Of a stretch of 64,000 nt of DNA, positions 9,807 through 20,447 are shown piece after piece; within the stretch, counting starts at the first letter, position 1, and each line of letters starts with the position of its first letter. Under the pieces are notes generated by a model. That model was given only the letters and a program-made list of their open reading frames with translations, was not told the origin of the DNA and did not search any database. The translations under genes and the position numbers were made by a program. Origin of the DNA: Cyanobacteria bacterium P01_D01_bin.156 (GTDB taxonomy: Bacteria > Cyanobacteriota > Cyanobacteriia > Phormidesmidales > Phormidesmidaceae); assembly GCA_039024555.1 (NCBI GenBank), contig JBCCQQ010000004.1, positions 64,001 through 128,000 of the forward strand. Reading direction: 5' to 3'.

Positions 9807-12380
9807 TTAAGCTAACCAATTACCAATGAGAACAAATGATGCCCAATAAAACGGATGACTATATTTTTTGTTATCAATCAACGAGATTTGAGCCTGACGT
9901 AAAGCTTCTGCCTTTGTAGTTGATGGGCTGACTTCACCTAAAGCTTTGTAAAAGGCATTAATCAGTTCCACAGTCGATTCATCATTAACTGACCACAGCG
10001 TAGCTAGCGTACTACGTGCTCCTGATTTAATAGCCATCCCCGCTAGGCCTAAGGTGGCCCGATCATCTCCCTCAGCGGTTTGACAAGCACTTAAAACCAT
10101 GAGTTCAATCGGATTTTGGGTCTGAATACGCCGGTTTTTTAGTAGTCTATCGAAATCCGTTAGGGAGATGGTTTGGTCCCAAGCTAGCAGAAACGTGTTG
10201 GCCAAGTTAGAGCTAAATTGGCCATGGGTAGCCAGATGCAGAATTGGATAGGGACTGGCTTGGATCTGATCCTCAAAAGCTTTTTTAGTAAAGTCTCTAT
10301 CCAAATAGATTTGGGACTGATTTAGTTTGGATGAGATCTTACTGATTTCTTCCTTAACTCCTGGCAAAGGGGAAAAGCCTTGACGTGATTCACTCAGACC
10401 CAAAATAAGTGCTTCCAAAGGTTTTGGTTTATCAAAGTGGGGACCCATTAAATCTAGCCCCGGCGTTAAAGCGATGCCATAGGTTTCTATCAGATACTGT
10501 TCCCCATCATGTAGAGCCGCCATAGGTATATTGCGCAGCTTTCCATCGAGTACAAAGACTAGAGTCTTAATATCTTGCTGTGTTAACTGATCTGCCGCTG
10601 GTCGAATTAACCAATCATAAAGTTGTTTAGAAAATTGTAAGCGACGACGATCGGGCAGAGCCGGATTAAATGCAACAAAAAATTGGTCCAGAGTTTTATC
10701 GAGCTCAGCCTGGGACAATCGAGTCTGATAGTGGCTCAGAGGTTGACCAGGTAGAGCAAGGATAACTTCTAGACGATCCGGCAGAATGATTGGATAGATA
10801 ACGGCAGCCTGGGGGTCAAGCTGATCAATCTGTTTGGACTGGCTATCAATGCAGGCAGAGCGAAAATAGTTTTCGAGTTCAACAAGCTGCAAATCTTCGA
10901 TCAAATTACGAGCTTGTTTCAAGGCATTTTGATCACCATTGCCAGGTTTGAGTAACAGACTCACTAGCTCACGATAGAGGGGTTCAACTTCATCGCGAAC
11001 ACTGAATTGAAGCTCAGAGTTCGTGGCTAATAGATCAGCCCTCACAGAGGATAAGGTATCAATCGCTTCTGTATAGGTCGAGATTGCACGCTGTTCCTTA
11101 TTTTGCTGGTGATAAACTTTCCCAAGCTGCCACTGCCAGCGGTAGCCAATATCTTTGGCATGGCTGGTCTTAGCCAACCGCATGGCCTTTTGAGTCACCT
11201 GGCGGGCGTTTTCCCATTGCTGTGTAGTAATGTACAACTGCCCCAACTCTCCTAGCGCTAAGGATTCAGCCCGAGCATCATTGAGCTGTTGGGCTTGGTG
11301 GGCACCATCAGCCAGCAACTTTGCCAAATGATGCATGGGAACAGCAGGTATGTCGCTTGGTTTTACATTATTGAACTTACGGACACTCTCAACAAAGTTC
11401 ACTCGCTGATAGATACTAGACCGACTAGGCTGCAACTGAGGCAGTTGCTGACTCAACGCATCCATCAAAGATTGAGCTGCAGACCAATCATTGAGTTCTA
11501 CTAATAAGCTCAACAAATTCAGCTGAGCCGTCATGTGGTCGGCGGTGTTATCCGCCATAGGCATTAGCTGCTCATAAATATCGAGCGCTTCCCCCAACTG
11601 ATTTTGGGTTCTCAAGGTATTGGCAAGCGCCAGTAGCGTTTTAACGGTTTCCCCAGGCTGAGCTAACGTTTGAGTAATCGTTAGACTCTGTTCTAGGAGT
11701 TCCTGAGATTGCTCTAAACTGCCAGTTACCTGCAGTACACTGCCCAGACTACGTAAAGCAGTTGCTTTAAGGACAGAATCAGGCTGACTCTCAACAGAGA
11801 CCACTAGCTCATCTAAAAGGGTTTTAGCCCGACGATAGAACCCCAATGTTTGCATCGCTTGGGCTTGATTTAAGCGACTGCCCAGTTCACCTACAGGGTC
11901 ATCAATTTGCTCATAGACAGAAGTTGCTTCTTGCCAAGTGGCTAGGGCAGCTTCCGGTTGCCCTAGAGCTAGCTGAATACTCCCGTAGGTATTCAGTACC
12001 TGGGCCGTTACTTGGAGCGGCGTTTCAACATCTTGAATTAGCTGCAAACTCTGTTGAATGGTTTGTTCAGCCTTTTGCCATTGCCCTAGTTCCTGATAAG
12101 ACAGGGCTAAATAGCTTAAACTCAGAGCTGTTTCAGTAGATTTATGCTGTTGTCCATAGAGCTGCGTAGCCTGCTGCCAGCGGTGAGTCGCTCGCTGGGA
12201 ATGGCCCACTTCATAGGCTTGATAAGCTTCACCCCAGGATTTATCGGATGATTGCTGAATAGCAAAGCTGGGTCCAGTCGTAATCAACAAACAAATCATC
12301 AGGGAACATATACCCCATTTGAAATGCTGCCGTTTAGTGAGTTTATGTTGTACTTGCCGTAGCCACCGTCGCACCATCAT
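9807..12380 (-). CDS. TPR-repeat CHAT (caspase-like) protease, probably exported
   Basis: N-terminal signal-like segment, multiple TPRs, LHLATHG (His) and VLSACQTA (Cys) dyad, HPFYWASF C-terminus. Confidence 0.9.
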   Translation of the reverse strand: MMVRRWLRQVQHKLTKRQHFKWGICSLMICLLITTGPSFAIQQSSDKSWGEAYQAYEVGHSQRATHRWQQATQLYGQQHKSTETALSLSYLALSYQELGQWQKAEQTIQQSLQLIQDVETPLQVTAQVLNTYGSIQLALGQPEAALATWQEATSVYEQIDDPVGELGSRLNQAQAMQTLGFYRRAKTLLDELVVSVESQPDSVLKATALRSLGSVLQVTGSLEQSQELLEQSLTITQTLAQPGETVKTLLALANTLRTQNQLGEALDIYEQLMPMADNTADHMTAQLNLLSLLVELNDWSAAQSLMDALSQQLPQLQPSRSSIYQRVNFVESVRKFNNVKPSDIPAVPMHHLAKLLADGAHQAQQLNDARAESLALGELGQLYITTQQWENARQVTQKAMRLAKTSHAKDIGYRWQWQLGKVYHQQNKEQRAISTYTEAIDTLSSVRADLLATNSELQFSVRDEVEPLYRELVSLLLKPGNGDQNALKQARNLIEDLQLVELENYFRSACIDSQSKQIDQLDPQAAVIYPIILPDRLEVILALPGQPLSHYQTRLSQAELDKTLDQFFVAFNPALPDRRRLQFSKQLYDWLIRPAADQLTQQDIKTLVFVLDGKLRNIPMAALHDGEQYLIETYGIALTPGLDLMGPHFDKPKPLEALILGLSESRQGFSPLPGVKEEISKISSKLNQSQIYLDRDFTKKAFEDQIQASPYPILHLATHGQFSSNLANTFLLAWDQTISLTDFDRLLKNRRIQTQNPIELMVLSACQTAEGDDRATLGLAGMAIKSGARSTLATLWSVNDESTVELINAFYKALGEVSPSTTKAEALRQAQISLIDNKKYSHPFYWASFVLIGNWLA

Positions 12381-12562
12381 TACTAGATAAATCCACCAGG
12401 TTCAGTTAATAGAATGCCCATTCACTAGATGAGAGTCCCATAAACCTATTCCGTTGCTGATTTGGTGGATGACTCGATCGAGCAATGCTGCACAGCAGCT
12501 CCGGATAACTCCCATTCGACGAGCAACCACATCACATTTAGTAGGCCGTGGGATTAATAGAT

Positions 12563-12598
12563 AAAAAAGGGGGCTGCCCAGGAGGCAGTCCCTTTTTT
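12563..12598. terminator. Bidirectional terminator
   Basis: AAAAAAGGGGGCTGCC-CAGGA-GGCAGTCCCTTTTTT. Confidence 0.75.
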
Positions 12599-12662
12599 AT
12601 CTATTTGAAACCGTAAAATCCGACAACGCTGTAAATTAACTACGGCACGCATAGTAAGTCTA

Positions 12663-13190
12663 CTAGACTGCAGCTGGTACCAATGTACTCAGCTTCGCCT
12701 CAGATAGAGGTTTCTGCATAGCAGGCTGATATCTCTCATACCAGTCATCACTGCCTGGCCTTGGCAACAGCTGCAGCTGCGATAAGGCACAGTTAATTTG
12801 ATAGATATAGTATTGCTGCTGCTCCAGAACAACAGAATCGCTATCTGCGTCAGCTAGTGCATCCTTAGGTAAAGTCAATAACCAATTATGGATGCGACGT
12901 ATATTTGTTCTAGCGTCTCCTAAACTATGGATAAATGGTGTAAACGTAGGTGCACAATCAGCTTGGGCATCCGTCAACCATTCTGCCGTTTCAAGACTAG
13001 GAAGATTTAACAGCAACTGATGTAGCGCTCTCAGTTCCGATAAATAATTATTCCAGGAAGCCAGTTCGTGATTAGACCGACGCTGGTTGTATTCCAAGTC
13101 ATACAGATGAGATTTAACTGATGCAAGAGCATCACTAACGGCATAGCGAACAGCTCGGTCAAGTGGTAGTCGCGAAGGGGATGCTGCCAT
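12663..13190 (-). CDS. Hypothetical helical protein
   Basis: 175-aa ATG ORF followed by a terminator; no recognised motif. Confidence 0.7.
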   Translation of the reverse strand: MAASPSRLPLDRAVRYAVSDALASVKSHLYDLEYNQRRSNHELASWNNYLSELRALHQLLLNLPSLETAEWLTDAQADCAPTFTPFIHSLGDARTNIRRIHNWLLTLPKDALADADSDSVVLEQQQYYIYQINCALSQLQLLPRPGSDDWYERYQPAMQKPLSEAKLSTLVPAAV

Positions 13191-13653
13191 GGTTTAAGCC
13201 TCTATATAGCGTTGTTATTTTTTGCATTGCTGTACCACAAACTGACTCCTCTAACGGAGAAATAAGTTCGTACAAATAAAGTTTTTTTCAAACCTGAACG
13301 CGCCCGAAATCATTAGATAATGCTATTGATTAACGAGAACTAACTTGAAGCTGGCACTCAACTTAATGTTCAGAGTACCCAACCCAAGAAGGCTTTTTTC
13401 ACTGTAGAAATTACTATCGCTGATGGAAACAATGACGTTTTCTGAAAAACTGGCTAAGAGGCCAAATTCATAGAACACAACAGTGCTAGCAGCAGCAGCG
13501 CTTGAACACCTTAGTAAAATGCTTTAGCAAAAAACTACGTTGTTTTTATTTTAGCCACTATGTGATCGAGTTTGGTAGCTCAATTCTGAGAAAATGTTGA
13601 AAAAGTAACATTGTTATCCATTGTTCTTCCTCGAGGGTATGGATATGGTTTTT

Positions 13654-14625
13654 CTAAGCTAAATACCCCCGTGTAGCAAAGGGAATTTCAACGACTTGTG
13701 CATTAGTGTCTCCTGCTGTAAACAGCATGCCTGAACCACCAGCTTTAGTACGCAAATATCCTAATGCCCATACACCGCTATCATCGGTAATCACACTGGT
13801 GAGTTTGCCTACTTTTGCAGCATCTAACGTTAGGGCTGTATCGGGCGGGACAACGTCAGATAATTTAAAGCCCCAAAGTTGTTTTTTTACTCCCTGATAG
13901 GTGTTGAGTCGAGCAATGGTTTCCTGCCCTATATAGCAACCTTTCTCGAAGGAAACTGTATGCCAAAGCCCTGCTTCTAGGGGATTATCGTCTTGGGTAA
14001 GTTCCTTTCCAGGCATCGGACGCCCTTGACGAATACGGAAGACTTCCCACTGCTGAGCAGTCATAGGAGCTACTCCCTGCTCGCTCAGCAATTGATATAT
14101 AACAGAGCCTTGCTCTCGGGGACCGATCAGGGTGTAACCGGGGATAGCTAATCCTGTTCCCCGAGCAACTGTCAGTGGGGTATCTGCGGTCAGTCCTGCC
14201 CCCCCATAAATATGACTACCAGGAGCTGGATTAGGAATAGGCAAGCCCAACTGGGTTAACAGCGGGTCAGTAGTAGGTCCTAACAACGTGATAGCAAACG
14301 TAGTGGACGTCTCGTCACTGAGAGTTACCTGATCTGCAAAGAAAATGTAACGATCCATCCAAGCGATTAGCTCAGTGGCCATTTCGGGAGAGACCATGAG
14401 CAAAACGCTATCATCCTGGACGTAGGCACTGACTAAATCGAGAGTACGAGCAGTTGAGGTAACAAATACGGTGTCACAGCCCTGACCGGGAGAGAGCTGC
14501 TCAAAGGCGTTGGTAGTTTGGTTATGAAGAAAACGCAGACGGTCCGCGCCAGTGATGCGAATTCGCCCCCAGTGGGAGCGATCAATCATTGTGGTACTAG
14601 AAACCTCGACCATGGCAGCGAACAA
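13654..14625 (-). CDS. ygfZ: Folate-binding protein YgfZ (GcvT family)
   Basis: DRLRFLHNQTTN and the KGCYIGQE signature. Confidence 0.9.
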   Translation of the reverse strand: MFAAMVEVSSTTMIDRSHWGRIRITGADRLRFLHNQTTNAFEQLSPGQGCDTVFVTSTARTLDLVSAYVQDDSVLLMVSPEMATELIAWMDRYIFFADQVTLSDETSTTFAITLLGPTTDPLLTQLGLPIPNPAPGSHIYGGAGLTADTPLTVARGTGLAIPGYTLIGPREQGSVIYQLLSEQGVAPMTAQQWEVFRIRQGRPMPGKELTQDDNPLEAGLWHTVSFEKGCYIGQETIARLNTYQGVKKQLWGFKLSDVVPPDTALTLDAAKVGKLTSVITDDSGVWALGYLRTKAGGSGMLFTAGDTNAQVVEIPFATRGYLA

Positions 14626-14893
14626 ATATATGTGAATCTGGCATTGCTGATCTTTAGGATGATGTTATCTGTCAAGTCCAGGAAACTGGCAAGGGCTTGT
14701 TAAAAATTAGAACCATGGCCTTGTGCATTGAAATCATGGCTTAACAAGCTTTTCAGGCTTAAACCGTGAAGTCGTTTCTCAACAGATCCTAAGTTCTACA
14801 GATCGTTTCATCTCTTAAATCAGTAACGGTATGAGTCTTATACTTTAGAACTATTTGCCGTGAATTGGAGCGGCTGAACTAGGAATTTCGCAC

Positions 14894-15880
14894 CTACTTT
14901 TTTACAGCAGCAGCCCGTCGCTGATTGATTTGCTGAATAAAAAAGTCTTCAAGGGAGAGGCGGCTTAGGTCTAACTTAATCAGCCTGGCATCCATTAGGC
15001 GTATGCTGGCCATAAAGTCGTGAACATTGCCACTGAGATATCCTTGCCAATAGCCGCCTTCAAAGGTGAGATTTTGGAGCCATTTTTTGAGGACATCAAG
15101 GCTACCACCCTGCCCTTTAACGCTATAGGCGTTAGGTGATCCAAGTAGCTTAGTTAAGCTCCCCTGGCAAACTAAGTTGCCTTGGTCGAGGAGGGCAATG
15201 CGATCGCAAATCACCTCCACATCCGACAAAATATGACTATTGAAAAAGATCGTCTTACCTTGGTCTTTGAGAGACAAAATCACCTCTCTCACCTGATATC
15301 GCCCGGTTGGATCTAATCCCGACATCGGTTCATCCAAAAAGATGATGGCCGGATCGTTAATCAACGCTTGGGCCATACCAATACGCTGCAACATACCTTT
15401 AGAGTACTGTCGCAGTTGCTTTTTAATAGCCGCCTGCCGAGGCAGCCCAACCATATCCAACAACTCGGGAATTCGCTGCTTATATATAGAGGCAGGAATA
15501 TTAAAGAGCCCAGCGGAATAGGTGAGAAATTCCCACCCCGTTAGATAGTCATAGAAATAAGGATTTTCCGGCAAATAGCCTACCTGTTGCTTAATACCTT
15601 GGTCACCAGCGGGCTGATTGAGCAATTCAGCGGTGCCCGACGATGGACGAATAATACCTAATAAGATCTTAAGTAACGTAGTTTTGCCTGCACCATTAGG
15701 ACCCAGCAACCCAAAGGTTTCTCCCTGGTAAATCTCTAGGGAACAGTTTTGTAAAGACGCCACCTGTTGATTGAGCCAAAACCCAGTGCGGTACACCTTA
15801 GTCAAGTTGTCAGTTTTGACAATGACCGGACGATGAATAATGGCTGATGACTTAACATCCGTGGAAGCAGCAGTGTCCAT
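14894..15880 (-). CDS. ABC transporter ATP-binding protein
   Basis: GPNGAGKT, YSKGM signature, FLDEP, NSH. Confidence 0.9.
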   Translation of the reverse strand: MDTAASTDVKSSAIIHRPVIVKTDNLTKVYRTGFWLNQQVASLQNCSLEIYQGETFGLLGPNGAGKTTLLKILLGIIRPSSGTAELLNQPAGDQGIKQQVGYLPENPYFYDYLTGWEFLTYSAGLFNIPASIYKQRIPELLDMVGLPRQAAIKKQLRQYSKGMLQRIGMAQALINDPAIIFLDEPMSGLDPTGRYQVREVILSLKDQGKTIFFNSHILSDVEVICDRIALLDQGNLVCQGSLTKLLGSPNAYSVKGQGGSLDVLKKWLQNLTFEGGYWQGYLSGNVHDFMASIRLMDARLIKLDLSRLSLEDFFIQQINQRRAAAVKK

Positions 15881-16300
15881 AAACTCACAAAAGATAACGT
15901 TTGCCAGGTTGGCTAGGACAGTAGATAGTCTCTAAAGCGTTTACGTTGTACCCGTACCCCCTGACGTATGGCCAGTGAGCCGGACCGGTTCACCCTAGAG
16001 ATGCTCTAATCGGTATAGTTGAGAGAGGCAATTGCTTCTGAGTACCTTAGAGCCCATGGCAAACACCTCTAATTTAGAACTGTTTGCCCTCGGATTTTGG
16101 TTGGGTCTGGTTATTTAACCTACCCAGACCGTCAAATAGCGTATCAGAGCTTGTATGGCAATCTACTAAATGGATTCAGTAGATTGTATCGTCCTCAACA
16201 GTGGCCCCGTCTTTTTATGACAGTCCACTCATGGTGTGAACTATGGGCAATTGCCAAGGAGTCACCTGTTGCTCCAAAACGTTAGATTACCTCTTTAAAT

Positions 16301-16459
16301 ATGGATCGTTCAAAAATTGTTGCGATTATTACCGGTGCAATATCCTTGCTGCTCGCCGTAGCCTATTTATTGCTAGTTCAGCTGCTGGATTTTCGTGGGG
16401 AAATGGTCCCAGCTCCCCTTAGCAGTCTGACCTTTTTCAGCACGTTGGTTTTTAATTAG
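16301..16459 (+). CDS. Small conserved cyanobacterial membrane protein (52 aa, not in ORF track)
   Basis: Translates to MDRSKIVAIITGAISLLLAVAYLLLVQLLDFRGEMVPAP...; single TM segment; resembles a small cyanobacterial protein family I recognise from memory. Confidence 0.75.
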   Translation: MDRSKIVAIITGAISLLLAVAYLLLVQLLDFRGEMVPAPLSSLTFFSTLVFN

Positions 16460-17405
16460 CATCCTGCAACCAAGCAGAAAGGTCCCGCTGAAGTAAGTCT
16501 TGCAGCTGCAAAATATCATCTCGATAGTACTGACGTAGCAGAATCATGTCCTCATCGGTGAATCTGGCCTGACTTTTGTCCTGGGAGTTGAGATTAATGA
16601 GCTTGGCTCGCAGCTGATGTCTTAAATCAGTAGGGACAATTTGCATCATGCCAGTGGCTATGTTGCGAATAGGATTCTGAGTTTTTAGCAACCGATTTAA
16701 TCGTCGGCTTTTTGGAACCTGGGCCGTTTGAGCCTGCTTAGACGTATTGGCAACAAAATCTGCACTTACACCAATGGATTGGTAAAGGGTTCGCATAAAG
16801 CCCCGGGCATCTTGACGCAGATCGTCGTAGAGAAAAACATCGACTTGGCTACGCCCAAATACCTCTATAAAGTGCTTGATCGGTGCGTAATATTTACCCT
16901 TCAACAGCACATAGGATGAATCGCCTCGACTGCGCACTTGCTCTGCCAGGGGTGTTTGCTTCCCAATGGCATCGCGCAAATTCATTAAATAGTCGGAACA
17001 CGCTCGCTGCACTGGATCACGCAAAATCGCGATGAGCTTAGCCTGGGGTAGCCGACGCTGAATTTGTTCAGCCGACGACCGATAGTGAAACATATAGTTA
17101 GGGGAGGCTTCTCCAAGGGCAATGTGCTGCTCATTCGCTTGATCAAACAGCTTCTGGTATTGCTGCCACGTGATGATGCCATTTTTTTTAACCCGCTGCA
17201 CCTTTTCAGGGGCCACTTCCCAGTCTCGTTCAAAGAAACCAGTTTCCTTCACCGGGCTCATGTAAACCTGGGGATGCTGTTTGAGATAGTTATATATAGA
17301 CGTGGTGCCTGCTTTTTGGACACCGATCATTAAAAATGTGGGTTGGCGCTGGGTGGCCTTCGACTGAATAGGAACAGAAACGCCCTGGGCATTATTGGCA
17401 GTCAT
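16452..17405 (-). CDS. Sulfotransferase family protein
   Basis: PAPS-binding GVQKAGTTS, GEASPNY, LRDPVQRACS. Confidence 0.9.
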   Translation of the reverse strand: MTANNAQGVSVPIQSKATQRQPTFLMIGVQKAGTTSIYNYLKQHPQVYMSPVKETGFFERDWEVAPEKVQRVKKNGIITWQQYQKLFDQANEQHIALGEASPNYMFHYRSSAEQIQRRLPQAKLIAILRDPVQRACSDYLMNLRDAIGKQTPLAEQVRSRGDSSYVLLKGKYYAPIKHFIEVFGRSQVDVFLYDDLRQDARGFMRTLYQSIGVSADFVANTSKQAQTAQVPKSRRLNRLLKTQNPIRNIATGMMQIVPTDLRHQLRAKLINLNSQDKSQARFTDEDMILLRQYYRDDILQLQDLLQRDLSAWLQDAN

Positions 17406-17648
17406 TGGTGTTTGTAGGCGACCTTGGATTGTTGGACTAGCGACACGCAGCTGAATCTAAGCCCCATCTATTAGAGGCTTTAGTACATCATAATTTGATG
17501 GATCGGACATCAAAGGAACGAATCCACGGGTATGTTTACGGTAAGTTCATATAGCAAACTGCTAGGCATTGAGTAATTTACTGCCCTCATAGCCGTTGTC
17601 ACTGAGCTTTCAGCAAGCACAGATGTTGTGAACGATGGGAACCCAGCA

Positions 17649-19082
17649 TCAGCTACCAATGGACTTAACGGCCTGCTGAATAAACTGCTGTAGCATTTGG
17701 TCTCGGCGATTAAGCTGGTAATGTTTCTCCACAACGGCTTGCATACCGCCATCCCCCCAGCTCTGCTGATTCGCAAAATAATCTACAAAGCTTTTCCCCG
17801 CAATTCGAGTGAGGTAGGCGGCACTGGCCCCCTGCAAAAGTTTGCCTGCAACGGCGGTCGCTAAGTTTGCCTGCAGACCAACAGTTAAGAGTTTGAGGGC
17901 TCCTTTGACCAGACCTAAGCTTCCCATGGTTTTGGCAAGGGAAACAGCTAAGGTGCGAGCATCTTCGATGCTGACGGCAACACCATACACCTGCCCCAAC
18001 TCGACCACCATCTGAGTGTTAACAGCGGCAGTAGCCAGCATATCGACCACTGGCAGGGGCGTAGCAGCAAGCACCCCTGCACCAATCCACTGATAACGGT
18101 CGATAATGGTCTCGGCCTGCTGCTGTCGCTGTTGGCTAAGTACCTTTCGAGCTTCAAGACTCAGACGTTGGGACTGGAGCAATAGGTTGTTGGCAATCAG
18201 GTTACGGCCTTCGCTACGGAGAATGGTGATAATGCGATCGCTAAGCTCGCTAATATCTGGTGTAGGTTCATAGTTAGGATTAGCTGCGATCGCAACAATA
18301 TCTTGAGGCTGCATCCGCTGTTCCACCCGCTGCCGCAGACGGCCTAAAATCATCCCAATCTCATCATCAGCGTATAGATCCGCCTTGTTGAACACCAGCA
18401 AGGTGCGTTTACCCACCGACAGTAGCTGGAGCAAAATCTCATACTGAGCCCGGTGCAAATCGTTATCCACCACGTACAGCACCAGATCTGCCCGGGCAGC
18501 CAGCTCTCGACTAGGTTGGTCTATACTCCCCGCATCCAGCAATCCTGGGCTATCTGTCAAAATAATCTCTCCATCAATGGCTGGAATAGCCACCCGATAG
18601 TCACGGCGTTCGGTGGTGGTGCCCTTAGTCACCGCAGTATCCCCAACTATTTCCCCCATTAGCGCATTGGCGAGGGAAGTTTTACCCACCGACCCACTAC
18701 CCACAATCACAATATGGAGCTGTTGTTGCTCAAACGCTTGGGTCACTGTCTTGGCCCGCGCCACTAGAGCTTGTTTAGCCACTTCGTCTTCTATTTGGGT
18801 GAGCTGCTGGTCTAAGCTTTGCAGCTGAGCGACGGCGGCTTCATCGATGTTTTTTGGAACAGACGGCGGCTGGGTACGGGGTCGTAGAAACAACCAGCCA
18901 TAGTAGGCAATGGTGCCAACGGCCACCACCATGAGCAACACGATTACTGTCGTAATAGCCTGGGCTAACCAAGGATGAAGATTCGCTAGCCCAGCATACA
19001 GAGTCCCTAGGGTACTCACTAACCACAGCAGTATGCCTAGAAAGATTAGAACTGCGATCGCAACAAATAAAGGGCGCCTCAT
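17649..19082 (-). CDS. Membrane-anchored GTP-binding protein with DUF697/YcjF-like C-terminus
   Basis: Two TM segments; G1 GSGSVGKTS, G3 DSPG, G4 NKAD; ATPLPVVD. Confidence 0.85.
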   Translation of the reverse strand: MRRPLFVAIAVLIFLGILLWLVSTLGTLYAGLANLHPWLAQAITTVIVLLMVVAVGTIAYYGWLFLRPRTQPPSVPKNIDEAAVAQLQSLDQQLTQIEDEVAKQALVARAKTVTQAFEQQQLHIVIVGSGSVGKTSLANALMGEIVGDTAVTKGTTTERRDYRVAIPAIDGEIILTDSPGLLDAGSIDQPSRELAARADLVLYVVDNDLHRAQYEILLQLLSVGKRTLLVFNKADLYADDEIGMILGRLRQRVEQRMQPQDIVAIAANPNYEPTPDISELSDRIITILRSEGRNLIANNLLLQSQRLSLEARKVLSQQRQQQAETIIDRYQWIGAGVLAATPLPVVDMLATAAVNTQMVVELGQVYGVAVSIEDARTLAVSLAKTMGSLGLVKGALKLLTVGLQANLATAVAGKLLQGASAAYLTRIAGKSFVDYFANQQSWGDGGMQAVVEKHYQLNRRDQMLQQFIQQAVKSIGS

Positions 19083-19197
19083 CTGTAATGTGCTCGCCTA
19101 TCGCCGATATTCATAAAATCAAGCTGCCGATTTTATAGTTGCACTAGCTTAGCGTCTTACTATACATAGGGTACGAAAAAGGACACCTTAAATTTCC

Positions 19198-19710
19198 ATG
19201 GGTATATTTGATCAAGTCATGGGAGCCATCCAGGATCCCAATCGCGAAGCAAGCCTCGGTCAGCTGGGCCAAATTGTATCGATGGCGCAGCAGGTTTCCC
19301 AGGCTAGTAATGCCAACAGTTCAACAACTCAGCAAGCTGCCTCGATAGTCGGTGGCTTTGTCAAGTCAGCACTGCAGGAGAAACAACAGTCCCAGGGTCT
19401 AGATGCCGTTCTAGATCTAGTCCAGCAGGGTACAACGGATGGAGCTGGTGTACTACCTAAGCTATTCAGCCCTGCCCAGCAAAGCACTGTCGCTACTGCT
19501 GTGGCAGAGAAAACTGGCCTTGATGCGGCTCAAGTACAGTCAATGTTACCGATGGTAATTCCCATTGTGATGCAGTTTCTCAACCAGGGTGCTGCCAAAC
19601 CTGGCAGTCAAGCCCAAGGCAATCCATTGGTCAGCGCGTTTCTAGATGGTGACGGCGATGGTGATGTAGACATGGGCGACATACTCAAAATGGCCGGACG
19701 TTTTTTGTAG
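19198..19710 (+). CDS. DUF937-like protein
   Basis: MGIFDQV start, Q/A-rich helices, C-terminal LDGDGDGDVD motif. Confidence 0.7.
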   Translation: MGIFDQVMGAIQDPNREASLGQLGQIVSMAQQVSQASNANSSTTQQAASIVGGFVKSALQEKQQSQGLDAVLDLVQQGTTDGAGVLPKLFSPAQQSTVATAVAEKTGLDAAQVQSMLPMVIPIVMQFLNQGAAKPGSQAQGNPLVSAFLDGDGDGDVDMGDILKMAGRFL

Positions 19711-19768
19711 GCCGATTATTTAAGGAGCAAGGGGCATCAATTTAAGCCGGGAAATCTCGGCTAGGACT

Positions 19769-19838
19769 GAATTTAGAAGTCAGAGTTCGGAAGTCAGAAG
19801 GGGAGGGCATTCCAAACTCCGAATTCCGAATTCCGAAC
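19769..19838. repeat. Heptamer short tandem repeats (STRR-like), inward-facing
   Basis: GAAGTCA/GAGTTCG units, then AATTCCG units. Confidence 0.7.
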
Positions 19839-19974
19839 GCTAAGTTCTTGGGAAAATCGTCCTGCTTTAAGTTAGTACCCGGAGCAAGCATTATCAGCTT
19901 TTGCTTGCTCTGACCTTGCCCCCGGCCTAGCTGTATAGTGCTCTTAATAGAAAACATCGTTTAGAGCACGCATT

Positions 19975-20430
19975 ATGGTGGGTGGTAACAAAAATAGCAA
20001 TCGCTGGAACTGGCTAAGCGCTCAAAGCTTTTTACACGGCATCGATGGAGTTGAAACAATTGTTTCAAAACTGCTGAGTATTGCCATGTTAGTCGTGATT
20101 TTTGTGATCATGATTGACCTAGCCAAGTTTTTGGCTGTTGCACTACTCGAACCTAGCGCATCGGGTTTTTTCAAAAATACCCTGAGTGAGATTTTTGGCC
20201 TCTTCCTCAGTGTTTTAATTGCTCTAGAGATTTTAGAAAATATTACCGCCTACCTAAAAAAGCATGTGGTGCAGGTAGAACTGGTGATTGTTACTTCACT
20301 AACAGCAGTCGCTCGTAAGATCATCATTCTGGATCTAGAAAAGATTACTGGGGTTAGCCTAATCGGTCTAGCCATAGCGATCCTATCTCTTTCCATAAGT
20401 TATTGGATTGTGAGAAATATCCACAAATGA
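19975..20430 (+). CDS. Phosphate-starvation-inducible PsiE-like membrane protein
   Basis: LIALEILENITAYL, VQVELVIVTSLTAVARKIII; four TM segments. Confidence 0.85.
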   Translation: MVGGNKNSNRWNWLSAQSFLHGIDGVETIVSKLLSIAMLVVIFVIMIDLAKFLAVALLEPSASGFFKNTLSEIFGLFLSVLIALEILENITAYLKKHVVQVELVIVTSLTAVARKIIILDLEKITGVSLIGLAIAILSLSISYWIVRNIHK

Positions 20431-20447
20431 GATTGCTGTAGACAACA

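Noticed and set aside
12469..12564. 31-aa plus-strand ORF before the terminator
   Set aside because: Overlaps a degenerate copy of the dispersed repeat; no convincing protein features
13240..13320. Glutamine (glnA) riboswitch suggested by GAACGCGC
   Set aside because: The other conserved elements are missing and the orientation does not fit the downstream gene
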